Part shown: positions 24,877-37,573 of the stretch, piece by piece
Layout of the letters: every line of letters starts with the position of its first letter
How positions within the stretch are numbered: the first letter of the stretch is position 1
Assembly (NCBI RefSeq): GCF_016432865.1
Contig: NC_067401.1
Location: forward strand, 99,696,001 to 99,760,000
Length of the DNA: 64,000 nucleotides
Direction: 5' to 3'
Source: Antechinus flavipes
Taxonomy: Eukaryota
Notes under the pieces: model-generated
What the model saw: the letters and a program-made list of their open reading frames with translations, nothing else
Told to the model about the DNA's origin: nothing
Databases searched by the model: none
Position numbers and translations under genes: made by a program

Positions 24877-26274
24877 TCACTATCTGTTTTTCATAGAAGA
24901 AACATTGCTTGGAACTCAGAGGTGACTTTCTTTAGGAAACTAAAGTAAAATGATTGGAATTGAATTAAATAGTTCTAAATTTTGGAAAAGAAGTTGCATG
25001 ATTGCTGAGCTCAGATCTTTTTTTTTTTTTTTATTCTGAAGTAAATATTGTAAAAACAATTAGAAAAAAATGCCTTTAGAGTAAGGGCATAAGAAAGTAG
25101 AGAGACTGCTTTTATTTTATCATTAAAATTAATTTTTAACATTTCTAGTTCAAAAGCATGCTGAAACATGAAGGAAGTGTAGAGGCATAGGAATTTTAAA
25201 AAGCTAGTCTAGAAGAGCCATCCTTTTCTGAGTAGGACATAGTATTGGAGGAAGGTGTAATTTGTTTTTTATTTCTGTTTATATAACTATGCTTCCTTTC
25301 TCATTTATTCCTTCCAAAGTTCAAGCCTTCCAAGAATGATATGGTTTTGTAATTATCACACAATTGCTATTCTTTTTGGCCTCTTCTTTGTGAAAGATGG
25401 TATTACTCAATAAATGTTACACAGTTTAATATCAGACTGCTACATGCTTTTGGCAAAAGAGAAGACTTCTAGTCAATCCAATGATTGATATTTTGTTCAT
25501 GAAATATGGGTATCTAATAACACTTGCTTGTGAATAACTGGTTACTGCTCTGGTAATTTTTGGCATGTTAAAATATGCACTAGATTACCTTTAGCATAAT
25601 GTTAACTTAAATGAAAAACAGACCTTTTATGCCTGATTAGGAAATGTTTCTTACTTATGACAAGAAGACAGAAATATTTACTATTTCTGAACTCTACAAT
25701 AACAATTTTTATTTTTGTGGCGTCTTTCAGTTGAAAAGCCCTAGTAAGTTGGGGGTGGGGGAGAGGCAAGGGAGGAATCCCTTTTCCCCAACTTCCAATA
25801 CTCATGGTATGTATAAGAACTTTGAAAATTAGTAAGAGTGAAAAAAACTTTTTAAAAGTAAAGTATGGTAAGGATTGCATTATAGGATATTGTATTATAA
25901 GAATAAAGGATAGGATCGAGATGCTAAAATTGTCTAATAATCAAAAAATGCCAAGCCCTTTATTTATTCGCAAAGTTACTTTATTGTAATGATCTTATGT
26001 GTGATATATATTAGTGACTCTTAAAATACTGGGATAAGAATTAAATCTATCTGTGATAAAATTTTATAGAGGGAAAAACGTTACTTCAGTGGTGGAATAT
26101 ATGAGATATAAACTGGTAGTTTTTACTCCTTTTCTTCTTGGAGTAAAAAATAAGAATTACATTTCAGTTTTCAGTCTTAGTTTTGGCAAAGAATCTGCGA
26201 TAATTTTCAAGCATTTGAGATGTTACATTTCTTTATGGTCTTGTTATATTTTCCATCTAACAAAAGCACTCACC

Positions 26275-26575
26275 GAATAATACAAGGACAGCGTCAAGGT
26301 CTCTCTTAAGAACTTTAGAATTGATTGGATGCCGTGGGAGACAGCGGCACAGGACCACTCAACGTGGTCTGCTCTCAACTGTGCGCAAAGCAGAAGTAAC
26401 TTAGCTCCGAGGAAGGCGAGATGCTGGCCCAGATGTTCATAGGACTGTTGGTGTCCGACCTGTGGCAGAGCACTCTGAGCTCATACTGGTCTGATCAGCC
26501 ACAGTCGGACACCCTGTAACTCGGTTCTAACAGACTGAAGACATTTTGGTACTCGAGAGCGAAGGACAACAGTGA
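26275..26575 (+). mobile_element. RTE LINE 3' fragment
   Basis: Translates YKDSVKVSLKNFRIDWMPWETAAQDHSTWSAL (from 26281) and CPTCGRAL*AHTGLISHSRT (from 26452), matching the RTE C-terminus with its C2H2 finger. Confidence 0.85.
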
Positions 26576-26859
26576 CCAGTTATTAGGGAGTAGTTTTTGG
26601 TCTTAGGTACTGCGTCAGCTCTTCGTGTGTCTTGCATCTCAGACTTCTGTATCAGGGGTACATATTCCTCTTTCTCTCCTTGATGATTTCTCTTTGAGCT
26701 ACATTGATTTTATTCATGTAGAAGCATACATGTTTTTATGTAGTTACAATGCTCTTCCTTAGTTTGGGCAACAGTTTTCTCTCTAGCTGTATTTGTGATA
26801 AACATTTCTTTCCACTTTCTTTACCTGTTCATTTACTTTTAATGTTTAAGTCACATTTC

Positions 26860-27580
26860 CATTAGGAACTTGTAGCATATGGTGTAAGTTGATCGTCTGA
26901 GGAAAACCAAGAGAGAACAGCGTAGCAAGAAAAACGGGGAGAGGAAGGAGTGTGGTCACCAGGGTCAGATGCCTTAGAGATGTGAAAGGCCGAGGGCTGA
27001 GAAAAGACAACTCCATTTGGCAGAGTTCCCACATGGTGACTGAAAAGTCCTTGGTTACTTTGGAGACAGTAGAGGAAGCCAGAGAGAGAAAAGAAAGCCC
27101 ACAGAGGCAGCAAGTGTAGATTTCCCCCCCTAAAAATTTGGGTAAAAAAAAGGAAAAGCAGCAACTTGAGAAGATGGTAGAATATAATGAATATTTTTAA
27201 GGATGGGGTAGACTTGAGAATATTTCAAGGCAATAAAGAGGGAGAGATTGACAATTAGAGCACTGGAATGGATGCTTGAAAAGAGGTGGATATAGAGTCA
27301 AGGGTATAAGTAGAAGTGTTAGCCTTGACAAGAATAAAAGCTGCTTTTAATGATCAGAAACTGGAGGAGAGGAGAGAGTGAGAATTGATGTCAAGGGATT
27401 TTAAGATGAACATAATGGAAAAAAGGAAGCTCACACTAAATGACCTCAATTTTTTTCAATAAATTAAAGAGTTGAAGTCTTTATCTGAGAGTATTCAGGG
27501 AGAAGGAAATGAGAGATAGTTTAAGTGAAGAAGGACATTTTGGAATAATTTTGGTGGAGAGTGAAATAAGAAATCAATTA
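26860..27580 (-). mobile_element. L2 internal fragment
   Basis: Purine-rich L2 ORF-derived sequence (ggagtgtggtcaccagggtcagatgc...agaaaagacaactccatttggc). Confidence 0.65.
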
Positions 27581-28004
27581 GGGAGGGGTGGTTATTTCCT
27601 AATATCTAGAGATTGAATTGTTGTTTCCTCTATTCTATAAAATGAAAATATTGTATGGCTGATTTCTAGTTATCTAGTTGAATCAATACCCACACCCTTG
27701 GCAACTTGGATTATTACTCAGACACCAAATCTTCCACAAAGTACTTGTGAGTGGGTAGAAGTTATATGTTTGTATTCCACACCTTTGTTTTTGCTAGCTA
27801 TAAAACAAGGCCTCTTGCTACACAAATAGCTAAAATATATTAAACTGCTACTATGAGCCAGGTACTACCCATTTTATTATACTACACTGAGGGACATTTA
27901 TTGCCAAGAAAGTTTGTTTTTTCTGCTTGTTCCTATAAAACAGAGCTAGGAACATTGGATGAAAGTTGTGGAGAAGAAGAATAAGCTTGGTACAACAAAA
28001 ACTT

Positions 28005-28435
28005 CTTTTTTTTCTTTTTAATTAAATTTTAATATCTTTTGTTTTCACATTCCCTGGATTTCCCCTGAATCCTTCTCACTATATTCCCCTGGAAAGACAC
28101 CTGTATAGCAAAGATCTTTTTTTAAGCAAAAAGAAAAAAAATCAATAAATCAAAACTAACAGAAACATTTTAAAAATCTGTTGTTACACACTATTTTCTA
28201 CCTTCATGGACCCCAACTTCTGTCATCGAACTAAAGGGAGATTGTTCTTTAATTTTTCAATATTCAGTTTAGATTGTAATGGTCTGGTTCTTTACATTTA
28301 CTTTGTTGTCATCAGTGTGTATGTTTTTTTCCTGGTTCTGCTTCATTGACTTTGCATTTTCACCTAAAACCTTTTTTATGCTTCTCTGGACTCATAACTT
28401 ATGTCATTATTTATAGCACAATAATAACTTAAGAA
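28005..28435 (-). mobile_element. Old L1 3' end
   Basis: T-rich start, then gtatgtttttttcctggttctgcttcattgactttgcat...ttatagcacaata, the reverse complement of L1 ORF2 end and 3'UTR. Confidence 0.65.
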
Positions 28436-28540
28436 TTAGAACTGTCCAAAAGTAGAGTGGGCTGGCTCAGAAAAAAAATAGTTAGTTTCAGTGAAGGCTA
28501 TTTAGAAGAGTATCTTCTTCAAGGACGGATTGACCCTAGA
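28436..28540 (+). mobile_element. CR1/L3 3' fragment
   Basis: aattagaactgtccaaaagtagagtgggctg... is an L3 tail motif. Confidence 0.55.
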
Positions 28541-29870
28541 TGTCTTCAGGGATGAAAAAATAAATGAATGGACTTTTCCATTCTCTGGCATCAGCTGCCT
28601 ACCTGGCTTTCCACAATAGACTATGTTGGATTTAAAATTTTATCATCTACTATATAAATGTGATCAACTCATAGGGGAGCATATCTTGAAACCATAGCAA
28701 AACCTATGGATTCAGAAAACCTAGAATGTTGATGGAGGATAAAATCAAATTCATCCTTGTCTCTTTGATCAAGAAAAAACCCTTCCCACATGACCACGGA
28801 TATATTTTAAGTGATCTCATACTCTAACGAGAGTTGTATTTATCAGAAAAGCATAGTATTATCAAACCATAGTTAGAGTTCCTGGTAATGCTTGTATTTG
28901 TCACCAGTTTTGTTTTGGATTTTGACATAATTACCTAACAGACTTTTATGACCTAGGCTTGTCTTTGCAAAATGCATTGCCTTCCAGGCTGTAGTGGTGA
29001 AAGATTAGATGGAAAAGTTTTCTGAGCTGAACTACAGATTTAGCAATTAGATTTCTTTTTAACCCTAAAGCTGAATCTGTCCCAGTTTGTGTTATTTTCC
29101 TTCTAGTATGGTAATTAAGATACTCAAGTATAAGCAGATGATATGTACATTTATTGTTAAGCAAAGAGGAAATCAAAATGCTTGCATGTAATTGATCTTG
29201 CAGCCTTATCTAAAATTTCTGAGTATTTCCTTTTGGCAAGCCAACTGCAGAAATTGTGCCAGATGCTATAAATGCAGCTCAAGTCCCTTGACTTGTATCT
29301 AGTATCTCAGAGGAAGCCAGAGACATTTATCAATGAAGTTTGTGTTTCTGTTAATGGGAGGTGGGGAGGAACAAATTTTTAAAGCTTGTCTCTCTCTTAC
29401 CCACTTCTTATCATCCTTACGGGAGACAGGCTCTTCCATTCTTTGTCAGTTTAAGTACTGCGATGCATCAGCTTAGCAGACTTGCAATAGAATTAGAAGA
29501 TGGTATTTTTCCCTTTTGGAGGGTATAATTTTTTGCTAGACACATTTTGATTGGGCAGAGGGCCTTTGTTCTGGCAAATATACAAGCTAATCTTAAATTC
29601 ATTCACTGACAACAATTAAGTAGAGGGATTGTAACAGATAAACATTGCTTCCTCTTTATTGTAGTTTGCTATTTAACAAGGAGAATATGGGTGCTTTCAC
29701 ATTGATGTTTGCCAGCTTTGCTCTTTGGATTTATTTAACCTGAGTTGTTTTGCTGCTGGTTGGTGGTGTTTATTTGTCCATCCTTCTGTTCCGCTTCCTC
29801 GATCTTGTGTTACTTCAAACACGTCTTCCCATGGGTCTCTGAATAGTCATCATATTTTACAACAAAGGCC

Positions 29871-30090
29871 ATAGGATGGTGGATAGAGTGGATAGAGGGC
29901 CAGGCCTGGACTCAGAAGACTCATCTTGCTGAGTTCAGATCTGGCCTTAGACACTTACGAGCTGTGTGATCCTGGGCAAGTCACTTCACCCTGTCTGATG
30001 GAAAAGGTAATGGCAAACTCCTCCAGTATCTCTGCCAAGAAAACCCCAAACAGGGACACAAAAAGTGGGAAATGATTGAACAACAACTAC
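29871..30090 (+). mobile_element. Mar1-type CORE-SINE (internally deleted)
   Basis: Head gatagagggccaggcctggactcagaagac...gagttcagatctgg, tail atggcaaactcctccagtatctctgccaagaaaaccccaaa...gaacaacaac. Confidence 0.85.
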
Positions 30091-30092
30091 TT

Positions 30093-30177
30093 TATATACA
30101 TATATAAAATATATGCATGTGGGTATATAAATCATATATACATGTATATATATATATATATATATACATATGTATGA

Positions 30178-30217
<40 letters not shown>

Positions 30218-30304
30218 AGTGGGGGATAGGAATAAATAACATATATAGTATATTTAATAAATAATATATCTATCTAATTAATAATTCCTTATTTTATATA
30301 TATA
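30093..30304. repeat. AT-rich low complexity with (TA)n-(TG)n-(TA)n microsatellites
   Basis: (TA) runs near 30145-30166 and 30193-30216, (TG) run near 30179-30192. Confidence 0.9.
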
Positions 30305-30470
30305 ATTTATTCCTATCCCCCACTTTACAGATGGAAAAAGCAAGCTAAGAAACACCTGATGACGTGTCCAAAGTTACACAGATATCAGGTATCCAGTGCC
30401 AGAGACTGAGTTTGAACTCGCATCCTTAAACTCTGAATCCAGGGCTCTTTCCATAAAGTCACATTGCCTC
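30305..30470 (-). mobile_element. MIR/CORE-SINE
   Basis: tatcccccactttacagatgg...tgtccaaagttacacag...tttgaactcg...tccagggctctttcca. Confidence 0.75.
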
Positions 30471-30809
30471 TGGATGGTGTTTCTGGAATAGGACATAGGA
30501 CAAATACATATGGAGAAAGCATAAGAACACATGTAAAATGAGATGCAAAGCAGCACTAGCAGCATGCAGTGACATGTACTCCCGCAGAGACGAGTCTTTC
30601 ATGCTTGCTTTAAATCTCTGTCCTCATTTCACCAAGAGGATGGCCCCTTTGGAAGACCACTCTAGGTAGCCATCCTTAAAGGAATTTCTGTTACTTGGGG
30701 CAGAGCCTGCTATGGTCAAACCTAAGTCTGTGCAGTCTAAGTAGAAGATTGTACTTGTGGAAAATAGAGTCAGGGAACCTGGTCAAGAGTTGAAAATGAC
30801 TTGTTAGGA

Positions 30810-30990
30810 TTTTTGTTCAGTCATTTTCTTTCGTGTCCGACCTCATTTGGGGTTTCCATGGCAAAGACAGTGTTGTGGTTTGCCACTTCCTTCTCCAGCT
30901 CATTTTACAGATGAAGAAACTGAGGCAAAAAACCCATACCTAGTGTCTGCAGCCAAATTTGAACTCCAGAAGATGAGTCGTCCTGATTTG
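30810..30990 (-). mobile_element. Mar1-type CORE-SINE
   Basis: tttggggtttccatggcaaag...ccttctccagctcattttacagatgaagaaactgaggc. Confidence 0.85.
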
Positions 30991-31949
30991 AGTTAATTCT
31001 AGAATTCTAACTAATCCTAGTTATAAGTCACATTAAATTGAGCAGAAGAATACACGCTTAGAGCAGGAATACAGTAATAAGATTAGCTTTTTTTTAAATG
31101 AAATTATTTTTGAGATGAGTTCTTTGGAGGCCAGCAGGGGACCAATTAGAGAAATGGAAAAGATAATTTACATGTATGTTTGGCATAGCTGAGATGTTGG
31201 AAATTGCTTGATTCTGTCTAAATTCTGTTTTCAGTATAATACAGTGCTCAGTTTCTCAGCAGAAGTCTCAAGTCATGACTGCATTTTGATAAGATTTTTC
31301 TTTTAAATATCAAACTTGGACGTTGCCTTATTAAAGACGACTGTCTTCGTGATAGCTCTGAGAGAAATGTTTTACCAACAAAAGCTCAGACAGCCCATTC
31401 TTATTTTCTAACATTCTTCCACCAAAAAACCAAACCAAACCAAAACAAAAAACAAAAATCACAAGAAACAGCACACTACAACTCAGACCTAGGTCAGTAT
31501 TGGGAGTGGGAAGGGTTGTAATGAGACTGACAAACCTCTCAGTATGCATTTATGGGGTTGGAAAGGAACTGAATATGCCATACTTTCTCATTTTATGCAG
31601 ATAATAGAAGCTTCATCTTGCTCTGTCTTTTGAATGAAAAAACTGAGATTGATATAAAATTTAAATGTTTTTATTTAGTATAATGCAGACCACAGCAAAA
31701 CACAAATACAAATATGCTGAATTATATCTATTCACTATTCTCAACGATTTACATTATACATATATACATTTAATAAACATTATTAGATAATAATAAATAA
31801 AATCAAAATTTAAACATCATGTTTCAGCAGGTTTCAAGCAGGTTTAATCTTAGTGTATATTGAAAAGATGCAAGATAATTATATTGTTTCTTAAGACAAA
31901 CAAACTTCATTGAACAGATTTATAGTCACCACCTGATATGTACAGACAT

Positions 31950-32850
31950 CTATTCTAGAGAAATAATTGTGACCCTCAAGGAGCTTATATTCAATTCTGT
32001 AGCAAGGGAACAGACTTTCAGTATACACCTAAATATGGTACAAGGGAGAAACCAAACTTAAGAATTTTAGAAAAATTTGAGGAGGAAAACAGTAGTGACT
32101 TCTAAGGAGATCAAGGAAAGTTGCAAAAGAGAGGCAGCACATTGCCTGTCTCCATAAAAGGAGATTAAGAGTTCTGACACACAAGGAAGGTAGAGGATGC
32201 ATTGTAAGAAAAAGGTGGGGAGGTAACTTGTTCCAATACAGAGGTGAAGGATGTTTTATGTGGAGATCATGGACTATCTAATAACTGAGTTTTGCTGGAA
32301 TATGGAGAATAGTTTTAAGTTAGACTGGGATATAAAGGTTCAAGCCAAATTGTAGAGGAATTTAACACCAGAGTAAGTCATTTATATTGTATTCTATGGA
32401 CAATAGGGAGATCCTGATTTTTAGCCTAGAAGAATTGTGAATACTGGCCACTAAAAATAATTTTGGAAACTATGGAAGGGATAGATTCCAGAAAAGAGAG
32501 AGTGGAGTCAGGGAGATTAGGTAAGTGATTATTGTAGTAGTCCATGTGAGAGGTGAAAATGGTACAAATTAAACTAATGTCTATGAGTGGAGAGAAAGGG
32601 TCAAAGGCAAAAGATTTTTCTTGGAATTAGAATTGATCACACTTAAATATTTGGATGAGGAGGAAGAGGCAGTGAGGAAGAGAGAAGAGTCAAATAAAAT
32701 CTAGGTTTTTAAGCCTGAGAAGTTTTATTTTGTTTTGGAGGGATTGATCCTCAGCAGAAATGGGGAAGTTTTCAGTGGAGACATGATGTGTAAAGTACCC
32801 CCGGAATTTCTAGGTAGAGATGTCTTACAGCATTTGGAGACCATCAGATC
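31950..32850 (-). mobile_element. L2 fragment
   Basis: gaccctcaaggagcttatattc start and degenerate L2 body. Confidence 0.65.
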
Positions 32851-33422
32851 ACAAGACTAGAGTTTGAAAAAAACTAGTAAATGAATAAATAAATTAATTT
32901 AGCCCCAGACCTACACAGTCATACAGGAACATTTTTATGTTAAGGTTCCAGAGAGAGAATGGATTAAATTTGATACATATGTATACATGTGGAAGTCAGT
33001 TGTATAGAGTGAATTGATTTTCTCTTGACTGAAGAGAGTTGAGAAAGAATTGATGGATAAGTTGGCAAAAATTACAAGGAGAGCACAATGAAAGAAACAT
33101 ATAATACATCTTATCTCCCAAAGCCAAATAGATGTTATTTTAAAGTATTTGCTATTTGTGAAATCAAGCCATTGATCGCTTTATATTGTATCACATAGTT
33201 AAGAGAGAAATTACTTTTGAGGAAATCTTTCAGTAATTCAGAAGGGTGTGTAACTTAGTTGGTGTTAGCGTTCCTTCCACTCAATTAGATTTTACTCCCT
33301 CCATGTTTTAATAGATGGTTCTTCATAAGTCACCATAGCAAAAATAGTTCTTCACCTGATGGATAACCTTCTGGTGATAAACTTCCTCAAACAGCTAGTG
33401 GCTTTCAAAAGTAAAGGGTCAC

Positions 33423-34511
33423 AAAATTAGAAGGGAAGCAATAAATTGAGAAAACATTTTTGCAGTCAAAGGTTCTGATAAAGTCCTCATTTCCAAAATA
33501 TATAGAGAATTGACTCTAATTTATAAGAAATCAAGCCATTCTCCAAATGATAAATGGTCAAAGGAGATGAACAGACAATTCTCAGACGAAGAAATTGAAA
33601 CTATTTCTAGCCATATGAAAAGATGCTCCAAGTCATTATTATTCAGAGAAATGCAAATTAAGACAACTCTGAGATACCACTACACACCTGTCAGATTGGC
33701 TAAGATGACAGGAAAGGAAAAGATAATGCAGAATGTTGGAGGGGATGTGGGAAAACTGGGACACTGATACATTGTTGGTGGAGTTGTGAACACATCCAGC
33801 TATTCTGGAGAGCAATTTGGAACTATGCTCAGAAAGTTATAAAACTGTGCATACCCTTTGATCCAGCAGTGTTTCTACTGGGTTTATATCCCAAAGAGAT
33901 ACTAAAGAAGGGAAAGGGACCTGTATGTGCAAGAATGTTTGTGGCAGATTTCTTTGTAGTGGCTATAAACTGGAAACTGAGTGGATGCCCATCAATTGGA
34001 GAATGTCTGAATAAATTGTGGTATATGAATACTGTGGAATATTATTGTTCGGTAATAAATGACCAACAGGAGGATTTCAGAAAGGCCTGGGGAGACTTAC
34101 ATGAACTCATGCTGAGTGAAATGAGCAGGACCAGGAGATCATTATATACTTCAACAACGATACTATATGATGATCAGTTCTGATGGATGGGACTATCTCC
34201 AGCAATGAGATGAACCAAATCAGTTCTAATAGAGCAGTAATGAACTGAACCAGCTACACCCAGCAAAAGAACTCTGGGAGATGACTAAGAACCATTACAT
34301 AGAATTCCCAATCCCTCTATTTTTGTCCAACTGCATTTTTGATTTCCTTCACAGGCTAATAGTACATTATTTCAAACTCCAATGCTTTCTGTACAGCAAA
34401 ATTACTGTTAGGACATGTATATTTATTTTGCATTTAATTTATACTTTAACATATTTAACATGTAGTGGTCAACCTGCCATCTGGGGGAGGGGATGGGGGA
34501 AGGTGGGGAAA
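33423..34511 (+). mobile_element. 5'-truncated older L1 (ORF2 C-terminus + partial 3'UTR), frameshifted
   Basis: Homologous to about 2750-3800 of the first L1; broken ORFs 33510..33767 and 33869..34183; degenerate TSD aaaagtaaagggtcac (33407-33422) / aaaaataaagggttac (34512-34527). Confidence 0.93.
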
Positions 34512-35469
34512 AAAAATAAAGGGTTACTTTTACACCATTATGAGACAATATGCTTGGATTTTGATGTAGGCTTATAGGTTAATGGGAAGGAAAAGGGGTT
34601 AATTTCAAGATTAGATTCTTTACATTTATATGCATTATAGTCATACAAACTTGAGTATCATTTACTCTTTATTTCTTTATGCTTGTTTCTGTAATTAGGC
34701 TTTTGCAAATTCCGTGAGTTTTCTGTAAAAAGGGTTTGTTTTTTTAAGAATAAGGAGAAAACAGTCATACTATGGTTAAGCCATAATGTCATTCCCCATT
34801 ATAGTGGATATATGTGCTTGTTGTAAATGAAAATTCAACAGATAGTCTGAGAGAGATGGCATTATATTGCATTTAAAGTCAGGGGTTTTATGTGGCTATA
34901 GAGGCAGCTGGTTCATAATCAGCTTTCCTCTGGAGTATTGTACTCAAACTTTTTAAAAGCATCATGTAGTTCATTAAAGGTAGAACATCTTAGAAAGTCT
35001 TTTGTTAACTCTCGAATGAGTACAGAAAAAGTCCCAGGGCTTTTAATGCTGACTCTTTCATATATAAGCATATTAAACCTGAAAAGGCTTGCCTTGAATA
35101 CTCTTAATATCAAAACTTCCCAGACTTCATCTTGGAATGACAAAACTCGAATAATTGGATTTGTGAGGTGACTCTGAACTTGTTAATGGTGCTATTTGTG
35201 GTTTGTAACTTGTTAGTGGAGACCCAAGGGTGACTGTAAATGACATAAAATATATTTTTCCCAGACTAAAAGAACTTATGTACTTTACTGATCTATTGAA
35301 TATAGGAAAGAGAGCATCGAGAGATTGCTTCTCTGGGAACCATCAAGCTGGGTAAGAAATGCACCTCTGATGGCTTAGAAGTGCATGAGACTTGGAAATG
35401 AGTTAGCCCTAAATTTTTTATTGATTGTGACTTATTTATTTTTTCATCTTCCGCTTGGGTGAATGAACC

Positions 35470-36048
35470 TTACCATTCTCAGCTCAGGACAAGTCAATAA
35501 TGTTAGATGCTGGGGATTAAAATAATAAAAAATAAGTAAATCCCTTGCTTTCAAGGATCTTGTATTTTAACAGGGGAAATGACAAATCATTTCTTAGCAA
35601 AGACTAAGTACATTCAGTGTACATACAAAACCATTTCGGGGAAACACTAGTTACTGGAGGAATTGGGTAAGGGGTTATATAGTAGATGGCTCTTGAACTC
35701 AGCTCTAAATGGAGTTAGAAACGTTATTAGAATTAGATACAATAATAGGTTGGACAAAGGCATGGAAACAGGATGGAATTCTGTGATTGAGGACAGCAAA
35801 TCGGTCCATTTAGCTGGATAATAAAATGTTTAAAGGGATGTAGTATGCAACAAACCTAGAAACAAGCAGATTGGAGCCAAATGTTGGAGGACTCTCAAAC
35901 ATAAAGGTAAAAAAGATATTTTGTCTTGGGAGCAGCACCAAAAAGCCAGGCTTACAAAATATGGTTAAAGGTACTTCAAAAAATACATGGGAAGATTTAT
36001 TTCATGGCTACATTGATGTCAGGATGGTGGAGAAGAGGATGCTAAAGC
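35470..36048 (-). mobile_element. Degenerate L2
   Basis: tagatgctggggattaaa...cccttgctttcaaggatctt... followed by L2 body. Confidence 0.6.
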
Positions 36049-36386
36049 TGTGAAAGAGCTTCAACTCCCTGTGGAAGATGAGGAGATTGATGGAAATATG
36101 TAAGTCTGGACTGGGCCAAGCCCAGCAGCTTTGGAGGCCCTTCTGGCAGTCATGGCAGTGGTAGATGGGGAGACTTCAGTGGTCCAGGAAGGAAGAGAGG
36201 AGTCCTACGGGGCTCTGGTGGCAGTGGCCCCTGAAACTTCGGCAGTCAGGGCAGTTTCCAAGACCACCAAGGAAAGGAGGAGAGACAACAAGTCACAAAG
36301 GAAAAAGATAAAATCATCTCTATTCTCTTTTCCTCTGCTATTTGAACAAACTCTGGGTATATTTTTTTGTCATCTAATCACTGACA
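36049..36386 (+). mobile_element. Possible small solo LTR
   Basis: TG...CA ends, near-TSD aagc/gagc, GC-richer purine-rich body with GGCAGT repeats and an A-rich poly-A-like region near 36305. Confidence 0.4.
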
Positions 36387-37019
36387 GAGCTTTCTAAGGA
36401 CATTCCAAGTGCAGGGGAAAAAAGTGGATGGCATTTTAAGGGGAAAAGTGTTTGATTAGATGAATGTTCTGTGTTAACTTTTTGTAAAGAGAGGTGCTTA
36501 AAAAAACCCTGAAATTATTACACATCATCATAAGTACAATGTCAAGCATCATTCATTAAGCACCTACTGTGTGTCAGACCCTGCAATAAGTGATGGGGAA
36601 ACAGAAAAAAAAAAACAAAAAGGAGCACACAGAAAGTATATTAGTAAGCTACAAGCAAGATAAATATAAGATAAAATGAAGATCATCTCAGGGAAGACAC
36701 AGATTTAGAACTGGAATTTTTTTTCAGCTGAGAATTAAAAGAAGTCAGGGAAGCTAGTATGAAGTATTCTAAGAAATAAAAAAGGAGAGGGATGAAAAAT
36801 TTGGAAACCGCTCCAGTTGTTTTCTCAGTTTTCCAAATTTTGTTGGCAGATGCTTCATTTTATTTAATGTAATTTTTTGTGAAGTCAAAGAATGACTAAG
36901 TCACTTATTCTTTAACAACTAAAAATAATTAAGTGCCTGTTATACACAGAGAAAGGATGGTGGTGGTGATAACTAGTTTACATAGCATAGTCTTTAATCT
37001 CTTGGAGCTCCACAGAGTC

Positions 37020-37245
37020 TAGTCCAACTGGGAAGACCTGAGTTCAAATCTAGTCTTGGACACCTGATGGCTGGATGGACCTGGACAAATCACCCTCTTG
37101 CTGCCTCAATTTCTTCATCTGTAAAATGGCACTACTCCCTACTTCCCAGGGTTATTGTGAGGATTAAATGAGAAAATACTCAGCACATAGAAGGTGCTAT
37201 ATAAATGTTTATTATTATTGTTGTTGTTGTTGTTTTTATTATTAT
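37020..37245 (+). mobile_element. MIR/CORE-SINE
   Basis: gaagacctgagttcaaatct...cctcaatttcttcatctgtaaaatgg...gggttattgtgaggattaaatgag, with a (TTA/TTG)n tail. Confidence 0.8.
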
Positions 37246-37573
37246 TCTAGCAAGTGGTTAGTAAAAGAGCAGCGGGTGAGGATGCATATGTCTCTCTGCA
37301 CTAAACCAAGTGGTAATGATTTTGTATTATCAATGGTTGGATGATTTTTACTTGGTTGAGGAATCATCCCTGTCACATCCCTAAGCATAGATAATAGAAA
37401 CTGGAACACAAATAGGGAATTTGGAGGCTCCCCGTTGCGCTCGGGTGAGGTTTGGGAGGACCCCCTGCGCTGTGCCATCGTGGGGTGTTTCCCCTCTGGC
37501 AGAGCATGAGCACGTTTCAGTCCGGGGGCCGTGGCCAGGCTGCGTGACTCGGTGTCCCTTCTCGGTCCTGCAG

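Noticed and set aside
34919-35171. Overlapping 74/77-aa ORFs in unique AT-rich DNA
   Set aside because: No homology recognised and no convincing splice-site pair; the length is expected by chance.
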